From positions 73,670 to 137,669 of the forward strand of contig CAVUAX010000006.1 in NCBI GenBank assembly GCA_963739685.1: a stretch of 64,000 nt of DNA, read 5' to 3'. Under the pieces are notes generated by a model. It saw only the letters and a list, made by a program, of their open reading frames with translations. It searched no databases and was not told the origin of the DNA. The position numbers were made by a program, and so were the translations under genes. The DNA comes from an uncultured Bacteroidales bacterium. GTDB taxonomy: Bacteria > Bacteroidota > Bacteroidia > Bacteroidales > VadinHA17. Below, piece after piece: positions 40,737-51,242 of the stretch (position 1 is its first letter; each line of letters opens with the position of its first letter).

Positions 40737-42011
40737 ATGAAGTTACTTCTATTTACAATCTTTACCCTAATCCAGAACATTTTCTTTTTTTCATACTCAT
40801 TATCAGGACAGGAAATCCAGGCAGAACCAGATACTTTAAGACGAAGCACAATAAAAGTATTTCTTGATTGCCGGCGCTGCGACATGAACTATATAAGAGA
40901 GGAGATTCCTTATATTAATTATGTAAGAGATGTCGGCGAAGCTCAGGTTTATATACTTATTACAGACCAGAATTCAGGAAGCGGTGGTAATCAATATACC
41001 TTTAAGTACCAGGGGCAGAGGGAATTTAAAGGCATGGACGATACTCTAGTTTTTACAAGCGGGCCAGACCAGACCAGACCCATAGTAAGGGAGAAGATTA
41101 CAAACATGCTGAAGCTGGGTTTAATGAGATATGTGGCACGAACACCATTATTTGATGAAATTTATATTGGGTTTAACGAAGATCTGAAGATGGAGGAAGT
41201 GACAGACCGGTGGAATAACTGGGTGGTTGAGCTCCAGACAAGCCCGAGATTTAATTCCGAACAATCCTACAAAAACTTAAACCTGAATAATTCAATTCAA
41301 ATTTCGAGGATAACGAAGAAGCTGAAATTCGAAATGGAAATAAGGCAGAATTTTAACCGGCAGCGATTTATTGAAGACGACAATGATACCACCTATGTAA
41401 GAAGTTCAAAGTCAATAGATAATCTCATTGTGAGAAGCCTTGGTGATCATTGGTCGGCGGGAATTAGATATGATATCGGCTCATCAACAAGGGAGAATTA
41501 TAAATTTAATGCAGAATTCAGGCCGGCATTGGAATATAATCTTTTCCCATACTCCGAAGCAACACACAGGCAGCTCAGGTTTCAATACGGAGTCGGTGTG
41601 CAGTACAGCAGCTATAATGACACAACAATTTATAACAAGATGAGGGAGACCCTTTACAAAGAGAGGCTAAATGTGGCATATCAGGTTCAGGAAAAATGGG
41701 GCAGAATTAATCTCTCATTTTTCGCCTCAAATTACTTTAATGATTTTTCAAAAAACAGGGTAGGTCTTAACGGATATGTAAGGATCCGCATTTTTAAGGG
41801 ACTTTCGGTTTCCATGAACGGAGGAATAAGCTATCTCAATGACCGGTTAAATTTAAATAAAGGCGTACTAACCGAAGCCGAAAGGTTACTGCGCCTTAAA
41901 CAACAGGCTTCAAACTACGAGCTATGGGGAGGAGCAAGCCTGACCTATGTTTTCGGATCAATATATAACAATGTAGTTAATCCCAGGTTTGGCAACGGGG
42001 GAGGAAATTAG
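40737..42011 (+). CDS. Exported hypothetical protein, probable outer-membrane beta-barrel
   Basis: Signal peptide; N-terminal VFLDCRRCD domain; long alternating beta-strand pattern; ends FGSIYNNVVNPRF. Confidence 0.6.
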   Translation: MKLLLFTIFTLIQNIFFFSYSLSGQEIQAEPDTLRRSTIKVFLDCRRCDMNYIREEIPYINYVRDVGEAQVYILITDQNSGSGGNQYTFKYQGQREFKGMDDTLVFTSGPDQTRPIVREKITNMLKLGLMRYVARTPLFDEIYIGFNEDLKMEEVTDRWNNWVVELQTSPRFNSEQSYKNLNLNNSIQISRITKKLKFEMEIRQNFNRQRFIEDDNDTTYVRSSKSIDNLIVRSLGDHWSAGIRYDIGSSTRENYKFNAEFRPALEYNLFPYSEATHRQLRFQYGVGVQYSSYNDTTIYNKMRETLYKERLNVAYQVQEKWGRINLSFFASNYFNDFSKNRVGLNGYVRIRIFKGLSVSMNGGISYLNDRLNLNKGVLTEAERLLRLKQQASNYELWGGASLTYVFGSIYNNVVNPRFGNGGGN

Positions 42012-42114
42012 GCATAAGTTTTATCATTTGTTCAATAACAGCGAAGGAGGATGGTTTGATAATCCGTGTGTTATTGTTTATATTTATGATTTGATTCAAA
42101 CCCGGAACTGAAAT

Positions 42115-43497
42115 ATGATTCACATTAATTTTAACCTTAGCCCCGGCGATTTTTCGGGGAAACTACAAAGATTCTGGGACCTTTCCGGGCATAAGATCCA
42201 ACTTATAGATAAACACTATGATGAGACCAGGGGTTCTCCAGTTTTCACAAAAGAGGGGAAGTATACCGCAATCGGATGGACGGAATGGACTCTGGGATTC
42301 AGGTATGGCTCAGCCATTCTACAGTATGATGCTACCGGAGATAAGATGATCCTTGAAATTACAAGGAAGAAAATACTCGATAAAATGGCTACGCATATCA
42401 GCCATACCGGAGTGCATGATCATGGGTTTAATAATGTGAGTACTTACGGAAATCTTTTACGTCTCATTAATGAAGGGAAGATCCCTTTCAATGACTGGGA
42501 AAAGAATTTTTATGAACTGGCAATTAAAGTTTCAGGAGCGGTGCAGGCTTCAAGATGGAGCGTTGTAAAGGGCGGAGGGTTTATATACTCTTTCAACGGA
42601 CCGCATTCCTTATTTGTTGATACAATAAGGACCTGCCGCGTTTTAATTCTAAGTCATATGCTGGGTCACAATATTAAGGGAGAAGGAGACATCACTACAA
42701 GTCTTATGGAACGTGCCCTAGATCATCTGAAGGCTACAGCTGACTATTCGGTTTTTTACGGTGAAGGTCGGGATATTTATGATGTTTCAGGCCGTACTGC
42801 ACATGAAAGCATTTTCAATATCAGGGATGGAAGCTACCGATGTCCGAATTCACAGCAGGGGTATACCGGTTTTACCACCTGGACAAGAGGTCTTGCCTGG
42901 GCTATGTGCGGATTTTCTGAACAGCTCGAATGGCTTGATGCAGCTGATAGCGAAGATTTTAAGGCATCAGGAGGGAAAGAGATCTTTTCATCAATTATGT
43001 TAAAAGCCGCAAAAGCTACCTGCAATTTTTATATTGAAAATACTCCTGCCGATGGTGTACCATACTGGGATACAGGCGCTCCCGGACTTTACAGGCTGGG
43101 AGATTATTTAGAGAAACCGGCAGATCCTTTTAACGATTTTGAACCCGTAGACAGCTCTGCTGCCGCAATTGCATCCCAGGGGCTGTTACGTCTCGGAAAT
43201 TATTTAAAATTAAAGGGCGAAGTTGAAGAGGGAGACCGCTACAGGCAAGCTGGATTAAGTGTATTAGTTACACTTCTGGAAGAGCCTTACATCAGTACAA
43301 ATGGCAATCATCAGGGCCTGTTGCTTCATTCTATTTACCATCGTCCCAACGGATGGGATTTCATTCCGGAAGGAAGCAAAATTCCGTGCGGTGAATCAGG
43401 TATGTGGGGCGATTATCATATCAGGGAAGTCTGTTTATATCTCCAGAGGATTATCAATAAAGAAAACTATTACACTTTTTTTTCATCCATTAAATGA
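42115..43497 (+). CDS. GH88-like (alpha/alpha)6 unsaturated glucuronyl hydrolase homologue
   Basis: WTEWT.GF, HDHGF, TWTRGLAWA, VPYWD, DSSAAAIA, WGDY; no signal peptide. Confidence 0.75.
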   Translation: MIHINFNLSPGDFSGKLQRFWDLSGHKIQLIDKHYDETRGSPVFTKEGKYTAIGWTEWTLGFRYGSAILQYDATGDKMILEITRKKILDKMATHISHTGVHDHGFNNVSTYGNLLRLINEGKIPFNDWEKNFYELAIKVSGAVQASRWSVVKGGGFIYSFNGPHSLFVDTIRTCRVLILSHMLGHNIKGEGDITTSLMERALDHLKATADYSVFYGEGRDIYDVSGRTAHESIFNIRDGSYRCPNSQQGYTGFTTWTRGLAWAMCGFSEQLEWLDAADSEDFKASGGKEIFSSIMLKAAKATCNFYIENTPADGVPYWDTGAPGLYRLGDYLEKPADPFNDFEPVDSSAAAIASQGLLRLGNYLKLKGEVEEGDRYRQAGLSVLVTLLEEPYISTNGNHQGLLLHSIYHRPNGWDFIPEGSKIPCGESGMWGDYHIREVCLYLQRIINKENYYTFFSSIK

Positions 43498-44327
43498 AAA
43501 CAATGCCACTGACCGACCTGTCGAAGTTGTGCATTCATACTATCACAACAAAACCCTGGAGTATTGAAGAGGCGGCAAAAAATTATTCTGCAAAGGGAGT
43601 TAAGGGTATAACTGTCTGGAGAGATGCTTTGTCAGGCAGGAACATAAAACAGACAGGGGAAATGCTTCGTCAGCACGATCTGTCTGTTGTTTCGCTTTGC
43701 AGGGGAGGTTTCTTCCCGTCCAGAGAGCCTGGTAAGCGACAAAGAGCTATAGATGATAACCGTAGGGCAATTGAGGAGGCTTTCGAACTGGGAACCAGGT
43801 TGATCGTGCTTGTATGCGGTGCTGATCCGGCTCAGTCGCTTGAAGATTCGCGAAAGCAGATATATGAAGGTATAGCTGCTGTGATTCCTGAAACAAAAGC
43901 TGCAGGTGTCAGGTTAGCCATTGAACCTCTTCATCCAATGTATGCTGATACCCGTTCAGCCATAAACTCTATGGCTCAGGCTAATGACATGGCAGAAGCT
44001 CTTGATTCCCCCTGGGTCGGTGTAGCGGTTGATGTATATCATGTATGGTGGGATCCCGCATTGGAAAAAGAAATAGAACGCTGTGGAAAAAATAATGCGT
44101 TGCTGGCATTTCATATATGCGACTGGAAATCACCCACAATTGATTTTCTCAACGATCGCGGGCTGATGGGTGAGGGTTGCATTCCTGTCAGAAAAATAAG
44201 ATCCCGGGTTGAAGCTTCCGGATTCACAGGTTTTAATGAAGTTGAAATTTTTTCTGACAGATACTGGAAAATGGAGCAGTCTGTTTTTCTGGAGGATGTT
44301 ATAAAATCATATAAAGCATACGCATAA
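43494..44327 (+). CDS. Sugar phosphate isomerase/epimerase (AP_endonuc_2 TIM barrel)
   Basis: SLCRGGFF, LAIEPLHP, DVYHVWWD, HICDW, DRGLMGEG, EVEIF. Confidence 0.88.
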   Translation: MKTMPLTDLSKLCIHTITTKPWSIEEAAKNYSAKGVKGITVWRDALSGRNIKQTGEMLRQHDLSVVSLCRGGFFPSREPGKRQRAIDDNRRAIEEAFELGTRLIVLVCGADPAQSLEDSRKQIYEGIAAVIPETKAAGVRLAIEPLHPMYADTRSAINSMAQANDMAEALDSPWVGVAVDVYHVWWDPALEKEIERCGKNNALLAFHICDWKSPTIDFLNDRGLMGEGCIPVRKIRSRVEASGFTGFNEVEIFSDRYWKMEQSVFLEDVIKSYKAYA

Positions 44328-44339
44328 ACAACCAGGTAT

Positions 44340-45488
44340 ATGAAGCAACAAACAGTTGGGATAATAATGAATGGGGTGACCGGCCGCATGGGAACAAACC
44401 AGCACCTGATACGGTCAATAGCTGAGATAATAAAACAGGGAGGTGTGAAAACGGGTTCAGGTGAAACTATAATGCCTGACCCTACTCTGGTAGGCCGTGA
44501 TGAAAGTAAGTTAAAAAGGCTTTGCGAACTTACAGGTATTACAAAAATGAGTACCGATTTGGATGAAGCACTGAAGGAACCCGGAAACACAGTTTATTTT
44601 GATGCACAAACCACTGGAAGAAGAGCCGGTGATGTCAGGAAAGCAATAAAGTCGGGTAAACATATATATTGTGAAAAACCGGTTGCCGTAAGTACCGCCA
44701 TTGCCCTGGAGCTTTATGAATTATGTAAAAAAGCCGGACTTAAAAACGGTGTTGTTCAGGATAAATTATGGCTTCCGGGAATTATAAAACTTAAGCGCCT
44801 TATTGAACAGGGATTCTTTGGCAGAATTCTTTCTGTCAGGGGAGAATTTGGATACTGGGTATTTGAAGGTGATACGATACCTGCACAGCGCCCTTCATGG
44901 AATTACCGTAAAGAAGATGACGGGGGTATAATTGTTGACATGCTATGCCACTGGCAATATCTTCTGGATAATGTATTTGGAAAAGTAAAAGCAGTTTCCT
45001 GTCTTGGAGCAACACATATTGATAAAAGGATAGATGAAAATGGGAAATCTTATAAATGCACCGCTGACGACTCAGCATATGCAACATTTGAACTGGAAAA
45101 CGGTATTATAGCCCATTTTAATTCTTCATGGACAGTCAGAGTCAGACGCGATGATCTCCTTACCCTGCAGGTGGATGGCACTAAAGGTTCTGCTGTGGCA
45201 GGACTGCGTGAATGTTACATTCAGCATTACGGCAATACACCAAAACCTGTCTGGAACCCTGATATTGAACAGTCTATTGATTTTTTTGCCGGGTGGTCGA
45301 AAGTACCTGACCAGGAAATTTATGAAAATGCTTTCAAAGCACAATGGGAGTTATTTCTCAAACATATTGTGAAAGATGAGCCATTTCCCTGGACTCTTTA
45401 TGAAGGTGCCAAAGGAGTGCAACTTGCCGGTAAAGGGTTGAAAAGCTGGGAAAAACGTTGCTGGATCGATGTTCCTGAATTAAAATAA
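44340..45488 (+). CDS. Gfo/Idh/MocA oxidoreductase
   Basis: IIMNGVTGRMG, HIYCEKP, VVQDKLWLPG, RPSWNYR..D.GGII.DM. Confidence 0.9.
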   Translation: MKQQTVGIIMNGVTGRMGTNQHLIRSIAEIIKQGGVKTGSGETIMPDPTLVGRDESKLKRLCELTGITKMSTDLDEALKEPGNTVYFDAQTTGRRAGDVRKAIKSGKHIYCEKPVAVSTAIALELYELCKKAGLKNGVVQDKLWLPGIIKLKRLIEQGFFGRILSVRGEFGYWVFEGDTIPAQRPSWNYRKEDDGGIIVDMLCHWQYLLDNVFGKVKAVSCLGATHIDKRIDENGKSYKCTADDSAYATFELENGIIAHFNSSWTVRVRRDDLLTLQVDGTKGSAVAGLRECYIQHYGNTPKPVWNPDIEQSIDFFAGWSKVPDQEIYENAFKAQWELFLKHIVKDEPFPWTLYEGAKGVQLAGKGLKSWEKRCWIDVPELK

Positions 45489-45673
45489 GCAGAGGATTGG
45501 AAAAGCGGCCAAAATTCCCGTTGATAAACGGTAAATGAGATTTGTTGCAAGTGAGGGTTTAGTGAAAATAATAAGATAATATTGAAGATAATTATGATGA
45601 AAGTTGATGGACTAATGTAAATTGTTACCTTTAAAGCCGATATTCTGTAAAACCTGATAAATACCTTTCCAGT

Positions 45674-46453
45674 ATGACAAGCAAACCTGTAGCTATTATT
45701 ACAGGCGCAAGCAGAGGGATCGGCAGGGCAATAGCAATTTCTTTGGCCTCCGAAGGATTTGATATTGCTGCCGTTGCGCGTTCAGTTGATAGTGAAGGAA
45801 TGGGTATTCTTGGTGCAGAGGTTGAAAAACAGGGTGCAGAGTTTTTTCCGGCCGGATTCGATATTTCCTGTACCGATTGCCATAAGGAGGTTGTCGCCAA
45901 TATCCTGGAAAGATATGGAAGGATAGATGTTCTTGTGAATAATGCCGGTGTTGCCCCACTTCTGAGGAGTGATATTCTTGAAATGACAGAGGAGAGTTAT
46001 GACAGGGTTATGAATATTAACCTGAGAGGTCCGGTTTTTTTCGCTCAGAAAATTGCACGTGAGATGATCTGGATGAAGGAAAAGATTTCCTGTTACAAGC
46101 CTGTAATCGTTTTTGTAACTTCAGTTTCTGCTGTCCTTTCATCAACCAACAGGGCAGAGTACTGCATCTCAAAGGCCGGCCTCAGTATGGCTTCCACCGT
46201 TTATTCCGACAGACTTACCAGGGAGGGAATTCTTGTTTACGAAGTCAGACCGGGTATTATCGAAACCGATATGACTGCCAAGATCAGGGATAAATATGAC
46301 AAATTGATTGCCGACGGACTTGTTCCCCAAAAAAGATGGGGATTGCCTCAGGATATTGGTAAGGCGGTAGCGTCTCTTGCCAGGGGGGACTGGGATTTCT
46401 CAACGGGGATGGTATTCGAGGTTAGCGGTGGCCTGAATATCCACAAAATTTAA
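45674..46453 (+). CDS. Short-chain dehydrogenase/reductase
   Basis: TGASRGIG, NNAG, YCISK, PGIIETDM. Confidence 0.92.
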   Translation: MTSKPVAIITGASRGIGRAIAISLASEGFDIAAVARSVDSEGMGILGAEVEKQGAEFFPAGFDISCTDCHKEVVANILERYGRIDVLVNNAGVAPLLRSDILEMTEESYDRVMNINLRGPVFFAQKIAREMIWMKEKISCYKPVIVFVTSVSAVLSSTNRAEYCISKAGLSMASTVYSDRLTREGILVYEVRPGIIETDMTAKIRDKYDKLIADGLVPQKRWGLPQDIGKAVASLARGDWDFSTGMVFEVSGGLNIHKI

Positions 46454-46469
46454 TAGCTGATTAATTCTA

Positions 46470-47789
46470 TTAATATACCTTTAAAAGTGCCTCTGTTTTT
46501 CTACTTATAAGAGCATAATAGGTAATAACAGCAAAACAAAGCAGGGGAACAATATATGAATAATTAATACTTCCTGTCATGTCGGATACCCTTCCCTGCA
46601 GGAATGTTACCACTGCACCCCCGAGAATAGCCATTATAAGGCCTGATCCGCCAATTTTAGCATCATTTCCTATACCTATTACAGCCTGACCAAATATAGT
46701 CGGAAACATCAGCGACATAAATCCTGATATTGATACAAGTGCAATTACTCCAACCATCCCGCTTCCAATGATCACAATAATAGAGCTTATAATTGCCAGA
46801 ACAGATGCAAACGCAAGCAACGTTGAAGGTCTGAAGAATTTCATCAGAAAGGTAAAAATGAATCTTGAAGAGGCAAAAAGAACAAGAGAGGCAATATAAT
46901 ATGTGGCACCCATTTGTTCAGGGGTTTTGCCTGCCGGCAGCTGTATATGTTCGAGATTAAGGGAAGCCATCGCATAACGTATTGTAAACGACCATACCCC
47001 TATCTGGGCCCCGACATAGAAAAACTGTGCAATAACACCCATGACATAATTCCTGTTGCTGAGAAGTCTCTTTAAGGTTGGGCCAAGATCAACCTTTGAC
47101 CCTGCGTCAGATGCCCGTGGCATCTTAACTAAAAAGATTGTCAGCCAGAGAATAAGCAGTAAAAATCCGATTGAGACATAAGTCATGGTAACAGCATTAA
47201 GTTCCCCGTTTTGAATTGCATGAAGGTCAGCCGAAGCCATAGCTGCTCTTTCAGTGGCGGTGGCTCTGTTGAGTTCCGAAAGAATGAACACCTGACTTAT
47301 TATTACCCCCATGATTGACCCGAGAGGATTGAATGACTGGGCAAGATTAAGACGCCTTGTAGCAGTAGCCTCCCGGCCCATTGCTATAATATAGGGATTT
47401 GAAGCGGTTTCAAGTATTGACAAGCCTCCGAATAAGATCCATAAGGCTCCCAGGAAATGGAAATAGTTACCTGTGAGTTTTGCCGGGTAAAACATAAGGC
47501 ATCCTATAATATAGAGGCCGAGACCAAGCAAAACACCTGATTTGTAAGAGTATCTCTTAATGTAAATTGCTGCAGGCAGCGCAAAAATAAAATATCCCAG
47601 ACCATAACAGGATATCTGTATCAGGGAGGTTCTGGCATCTGTCATGCTCATTATTCTTTTAAATGCTGCCAGAAGGGTGTCAGTCATATTGTTGGCAAGC
47701 CCCCAAAGAAGGAATAATGAAGTTATAAGAACGAAAGGAACAAGATTGCCTGGTGCAATCAGTTTTTCTTTTATCTTGTGTGAATTCAT
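46470..47789 (-). CDS. fucP: L-fucose:H+ symporter-family MFS permease
   Basis: LF.LWG.ANN, LETASNPY, RRLNLAQSFNPLG, AQFFYVGAQ, MSLMFPTIF. Confidence 0.75.
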   Translation of the reverse strand: MNSHKIKEKLIAPGNLVPFVLITSLFLLWGLANNMTDTLLAAFKRIMSMTDARTSLIQISCYGLGYFIFALPAAIYIKRYSYKSGVLLGLGLYIIGCLMFYPAKLTGNYFHFLGALWILFGGLSILETASNPYIIAMGREATATRRLNLAQSFNPLGSIMGVIISQVFILSELNRATATERAAMASADLHAIQNGELNAVTMTYVSIGFLLLILWLTIFLVKMPRASDAGSKVDLGPTLKRLLSNRNYVMGVIAQFFYVGAQIGVWSFTIRYAMASLNLEHIQLPAGKTPEQMGATYYIASLVLFASSRFIFTFLMKFFRPSTLLAFASVLAIISSIIVIIGSGMVGVIALVSISGFMSLMFPTIFGQAVIGIGNDAKIGGSGLIMAILGGAVVTFLQGRVSDMTGSINYSYIVPLLCFAVITYYALISRKTEALLKVY

Positions 47790-48094
47790 TTCCGGGATAA
47801 ATTAAATAAAAGTTCTGAAAATATACGAACATAAAAATGATAAAAAAAATTCATTTTCGATCAGAAGCGTAAGAAATATTCTAAGAAAACATTTTGAAAT
47901 GCAGTTAGTTCGAAAAAGTATTTAAAAGAGACAGATCATGAGAAATTAAGACTTATATTTGAGAATCTATGGTCAAAGAATCAACAGAAGCTAAATTTTA
48001 AATTGATTTTATTTGTTGGTTTCAGGTGCATTAATTAAAAGATGAGATGAAAATGCAGATTAATTAAATCAGTTCAATTTAAAGCCTGCAACAT

Positions 48095-48955
48095 ATGAAA
48101 AAATTATTATTTCTGGTTACATTTTTATTTCTGTCTTACTTTCTGACAGGACAGGGCAGTAAGGTCTGTGATAACCTTACCATGAAGAGCAATATTTTAA
48201 AGATGGATAGAAAATATGCTATATATCTGCCGCCTGATTATGACAATTCCATAAGAAGTTATCCTGTTTTGTACCTGTTGCACGGGTCGGGTGATGATCA
48301 GACAGGATGGGTACAATACGGTGAAGTACAATATATTACTGATAAAGCAATAAATGCCGGGCTGGCTACACCAATGATAATTGTAATGCCGGATGCAAAT
48401 ACAGGAAAGAAAGGATATGTAAATGATATTAGCGGAAAATGGCTTTATGAAGATTTTTTTATACAGGAGTTTATTCCTTTTATTGAAAAACAGTATCGTA
48501 TACGGGGGGAGAAACAATACCGTGCAATTTCCGGAGTATCGATGGGTGGAGAAGGAACTTTTATCTATGCCCTTCATCATCCTGAATTATTTTCTGCTGC
48601 CTGTCCTCTCAGTGCTGCTACAGGCCCGCTTAATTTGGAAGACCTTAAGGGATACCTGGCAAAGCGTGGGATGGCAGGAGGAACCTCTGAACAACAGGAG
48701 GCATGGGTAAAACATAACAGTGTTCTGAACCTCATCGAAAATATTCCGGATGATCAGAAAAAGGCAGTTCGCTGGTATATTGACTGCGGTGATGATGATT
48801 TTCTTTTTGAAGGTAATTCCCTTGTTCATATTGCGATGAGAAAAAAAGAGATCCCTCACGAATACAGGATCCGGGACGGAGTTCATGGCTGGATTTACTG
48901 GAGGGTTTCTTTGCCATCCGTTCTGGAATTTGTTACCCAGGGTTTTCATCGATGA
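48095..48955 (+). CDS. Secreted alpha/beta-hydrolase esterase (CE1-like)
   Basis: YLPPDY, YPVLYLLHG, GVSMGG nucleophile, DCGDDD, GVHGW.YW. Confidence 0.85.
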   Translation: MKKLLFLVTFLFLSYFLTGQGSKVCDNLTMKSNILKMDRKYAIYLPPDYDNSIRSYPVLYLLHGSGDDQTGWVQYGEVQYITDKAINAGLATPMIIVMPDANTGKKGYVNDISGKWLYEDFFIQEFIPFIEKQYRIRGEKQYRAISGVSMGGEGTFIYALHHPELFSAACPLSAATGPLNLEDLKGYLAKRGMAGGTSEQQEAWVKHNSVLNLIENIPDDQKKAVRWYIDCGDDDFLFEGNSLVHIAMRKKEIPHEYRIRDGVHGWIYWRVSLPSVLEFVTQGFHR

Positions 48956-49097
48956 CCGCGGGAGGCACGATTAACGGATTTGCGTATTAAAGCTTCTGTG
49001 AAACAACATGCTGATCCTTTTACTGTTTAAAACCGGTTTTATTTGAGATCCGGAAGTAATAGGTTATATTTTAATAACTTTATCAAAAATAAAAGAA

Positions 49098-49715
49098 ATG
49101 AGAATTTACTCTTTATCTGTTGGATTGAGCCTTTTATTAATGTTTTCCGGTATGTCAAGATCCGGTGCACAGAATTTGTTTAACGGAGTCTCCCTAGAAG
49201 GGTGGGATATTATTGATTTCGAGGGACATGGAGCAATCACTGTTGAGGATAGCTGCATAATTATAGGTAAGGGTTTAGGAATAAGCGGGATAAAACTGAA
49301 AAGCGAGATTCCCAAGGTTAATTATGAATTATCCCTGGATGCCAAAAGGGTTGACGGTGAAGATTTTTTTTGCGGGGTGACGTTTCCTGTAAATAAAACC
49401 TTTAATACCTTTGTCATAGGAGGATGGGGAGGATCTATTGTAGGTCTGAGCTGTATCGACGGGGAAGATGCTGCCAATAATATTACCTATGATTTCCGGA
49501 AGTTCGAGACAAACCAGTGGTATAAGATCCGTCTGAGAGTTACCGAAGACAAGATTGAAGCCTGGATCGATGAGAACAAAATTGTTGATTTTACTATCGG
49601 GAATTATTTCCTGTCACTCAGATGGGAAGCAGAATCCTCCTTACCCTTCGGGATCTCGACGTGGCAAACAACAGCTGCATTACGGAACATTAAACTTGAA
49701 ACGGACATCAAATAA
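49098..49715 (+). CDS. DUF1080 (3-keto-disaccharide hydrolase-like) exported protein
   Basis: Signal peptide; LFNG.SLEGW, NYEL, QWYKIRLRV, RNIKL. Confidence 0.7.
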   Translation: MRIYSLSVGLSLLLMFSGMSRSGAQNLFNGVSLEGWDIIDFEGHGAITVEDSCIIIGKGLGISGIKLKSEIPKVNYELSLDAKRVDGEDFFCGVTFPVNKTFNTFVIGGWGGSIVGLSCIDGEDAANNITYDFRKFETNQWYKIRLRVTEDKIEAWIDENKIVDFTIGNYFLSLRWEAESSLPFGISTWQTTAALRNIKLETDIK

Positions 49716-49797
49716 ATAGCCGGTACTATACCGGAATCTGATTCCGGGTTTTTAAACCATGTGATAAACAAGCTTTCTGGTTGATTGTATAGGGCTC

Positions 49798-50787
49798 TTA
49801 TTCCCCGGAGTTGGCAATCGTCGTTATTATTTCATTTATCTCTGTCCATTTCTCCCCATCCATTCTTGCACCAATAATTTCAATAACCTTTCCCGCAAGT
49901 ACAGCACCGGCAATACCACATTTTTCAAGATTAAGGCCGTTTGCCAGACCATACAGGAACCCTGCTGCATACAAATCGCCTGCACCGGTGGTGTCTCTGC
50001 ATTCTGCCTCGATAGTCTCTATCCTGATAACCTCTTCTCCCTGTTTGATCCAGGAGCCCTCCTTACCTACTTTGACCACAGCTATATCACATAAATCAGA
50101 TAATTTATCCAACGCTTCCTCCGGTTCAAGTCCTGTGAAAGATTTTGCTTCTTCCTCATTGGCAAATACGATATCGACGTATTTTTCAATAATTTCCCTG
50201 AAGTCGTCAATTCTTGATTCAACGACATTATAGCTTGAAAGGTCAAGAGCGACCTCCATATTATTGTTTTTGGCAATTACACAGGCTTTTTTAACAAGCG
50301 GTTTATTATATATCAGGTAACCCTCAAGATAAAGAATATCAAAGTTTCTGAAAAATTCAGGTTTAAGGTCATCGGCTTCAAGTTCAACAGCTGCTCCGAG
50401 ATGTGTGGCAAAAGTTCTTTCAGAATCGGTTGAAATGAGAGCCAGAGCAGTGCCGGTTACAGAATTTCGCCTGAATAATATAGTATTTACACCAGCGTTT
50501 TTCATGTCATTTTCGAAAAAATCTCCTGTCTCATCTTTCCCAACAGAACCGATAAATCCGGTACTCACTTTAAGCATTGAAAGCCCGTGAATGGTATTTG
50601 CTGCAGATCCTCCTGATGCAAGCCGTCTTTTAAGGTCAAGGGTCCCGGCGATTATCTTTTTCGAAGTCTCCATATCAACAAGTTGCATGCTGCCCTTTGG
50701 CAACAAGAATTTATCGAGAGTCAAATCATTGTTAATCAATGTGATAATGTCAACCAGGGCATTGCCGATACCAAGAATTCGCTTCAT
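49798..50787 (-). CDS. PfkB-family kinase (adenosine kinase-like)
   Basis: GIGNALVD, GGSAANT, ERTF, FANEEEA, DTTGAGD. Confidence 0.92.
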   Translation of the reverse strand: MKRILGIGNALVDIITLINNDLTLDKFLLPKGSMQLVDMETSKKIIAGTLDLKRRLASGGSAANTIHGLSMLKVSTGFIGSVGKDETGDFFENDMKNAGVNTILFRRNSVTGTALALISTDSERTFATHLGAAVELEADDLKPEFFRNFDILYLEGYLIYNKPLVKKACVIAKNNNMEVALDLSSYNVVESRIDDFREIIEKYVDIVFANEEEAKSFTGLEPEEALDKLSDLCDIAVVKVGKEGSWIKQGEEVIRIETIEAECRDTTGAGDLYAAGFLYGLANGLNLEKCGIAGAVLAGKVIEIIGARMDGEKWTEINEIITTIANSGE

Positions 50788-50833
50788 TTCAAAAATTTTC
50801 CGTAAAGATATTGCTTAATTCGCTAAAAGCCCT

Positions 50834-50841
50834 TACTTTTG
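50834..50841 (+). promoter_or_regulatory. -7 promoter element for tRNA-Asn
   Basis: TACTTTTG matches TAnnTTTG, 35 nt upstream of the tRNA. Confidence 0.55.
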
Positions 50842-50876
50842 GCACGCTTAAACAGTGTAAGTTAATAATAAAAAAT

Positions 50877-50950
50877 TCCTCAGTAGCTCAGTTGGTTAGA
50901 GCATCTGACTGTTAATCAGAGGGTCGCTGGTTCGAGTCCAGCCTGGGGAG
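50877..50950 (+). tRNA. tRNA-Asn (GTT), CCA not encoded
   Basis: Acceptor TCCTCAG/CTGGGGA; D-arm GCTC/GAGC; anticodon arm TCTGA-CTGTTAA-TCAGA; T-arm GCTGG-TTCGAGT-CCAGC. Confidence 0.97.
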
Positions 50951-50963
50951 CGGTAGTAAACAT

Positions 50964-51000
50964 AAAAAGCCTTGATACGCAACGATATCGAGGCTTTTTT
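50964..51000 (+). terminator. Intrinsic terminator after tRNA-Asn
   Basis: AAAAAGCCTTGATA...TATCGAGGCTTTTTT hairpin with T-tail. Confidence 0.75.
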
Positions 51001-51009
51001 GTCTGAGGT

Positions 51010-51029
51010 TACTGAAACTATACTGAAAC
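51010..51029. repeat. Tandem 9-bp direct repeat TACTGAAAC x2
   Basis: Copies at 51010-51018 and 51021-51029 (11-bp period). Confidence 0.6.
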
Positions 51030-51242
51030 ATTTCAAGGGTTTAAAGCTATTATGTATTTATATCCCAGGTTCCCTCTGAGAGTGAAATATGAGATTTTGG
51101 GGATGGAAGAATAATACCCTGTTGGTTACTTCGGTATATGGTGGATTGCAAAACTGTTTTTTTCAACATATAACTGCTGGTTGTCCGTATGTTATGTTTA
51201 CTTTTATACCCATTATTTTAAATGATCAAATTTAACTGATAA

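Noticed and set aside
51058-51160. Minus-strand FCNPPY, resembling an adenine methyltransferase motif IV
   Set aside because: Very short frame with no other MTase motif or start; likely chance
51089-51235. 48-aa ORF (MRFWGWK...) just upstream of ClC, whose start echoes ClC's MKFFGWS
   Set aside because: Similarity is limited to about 6 codons, with no further support for a leader peptide or duplication
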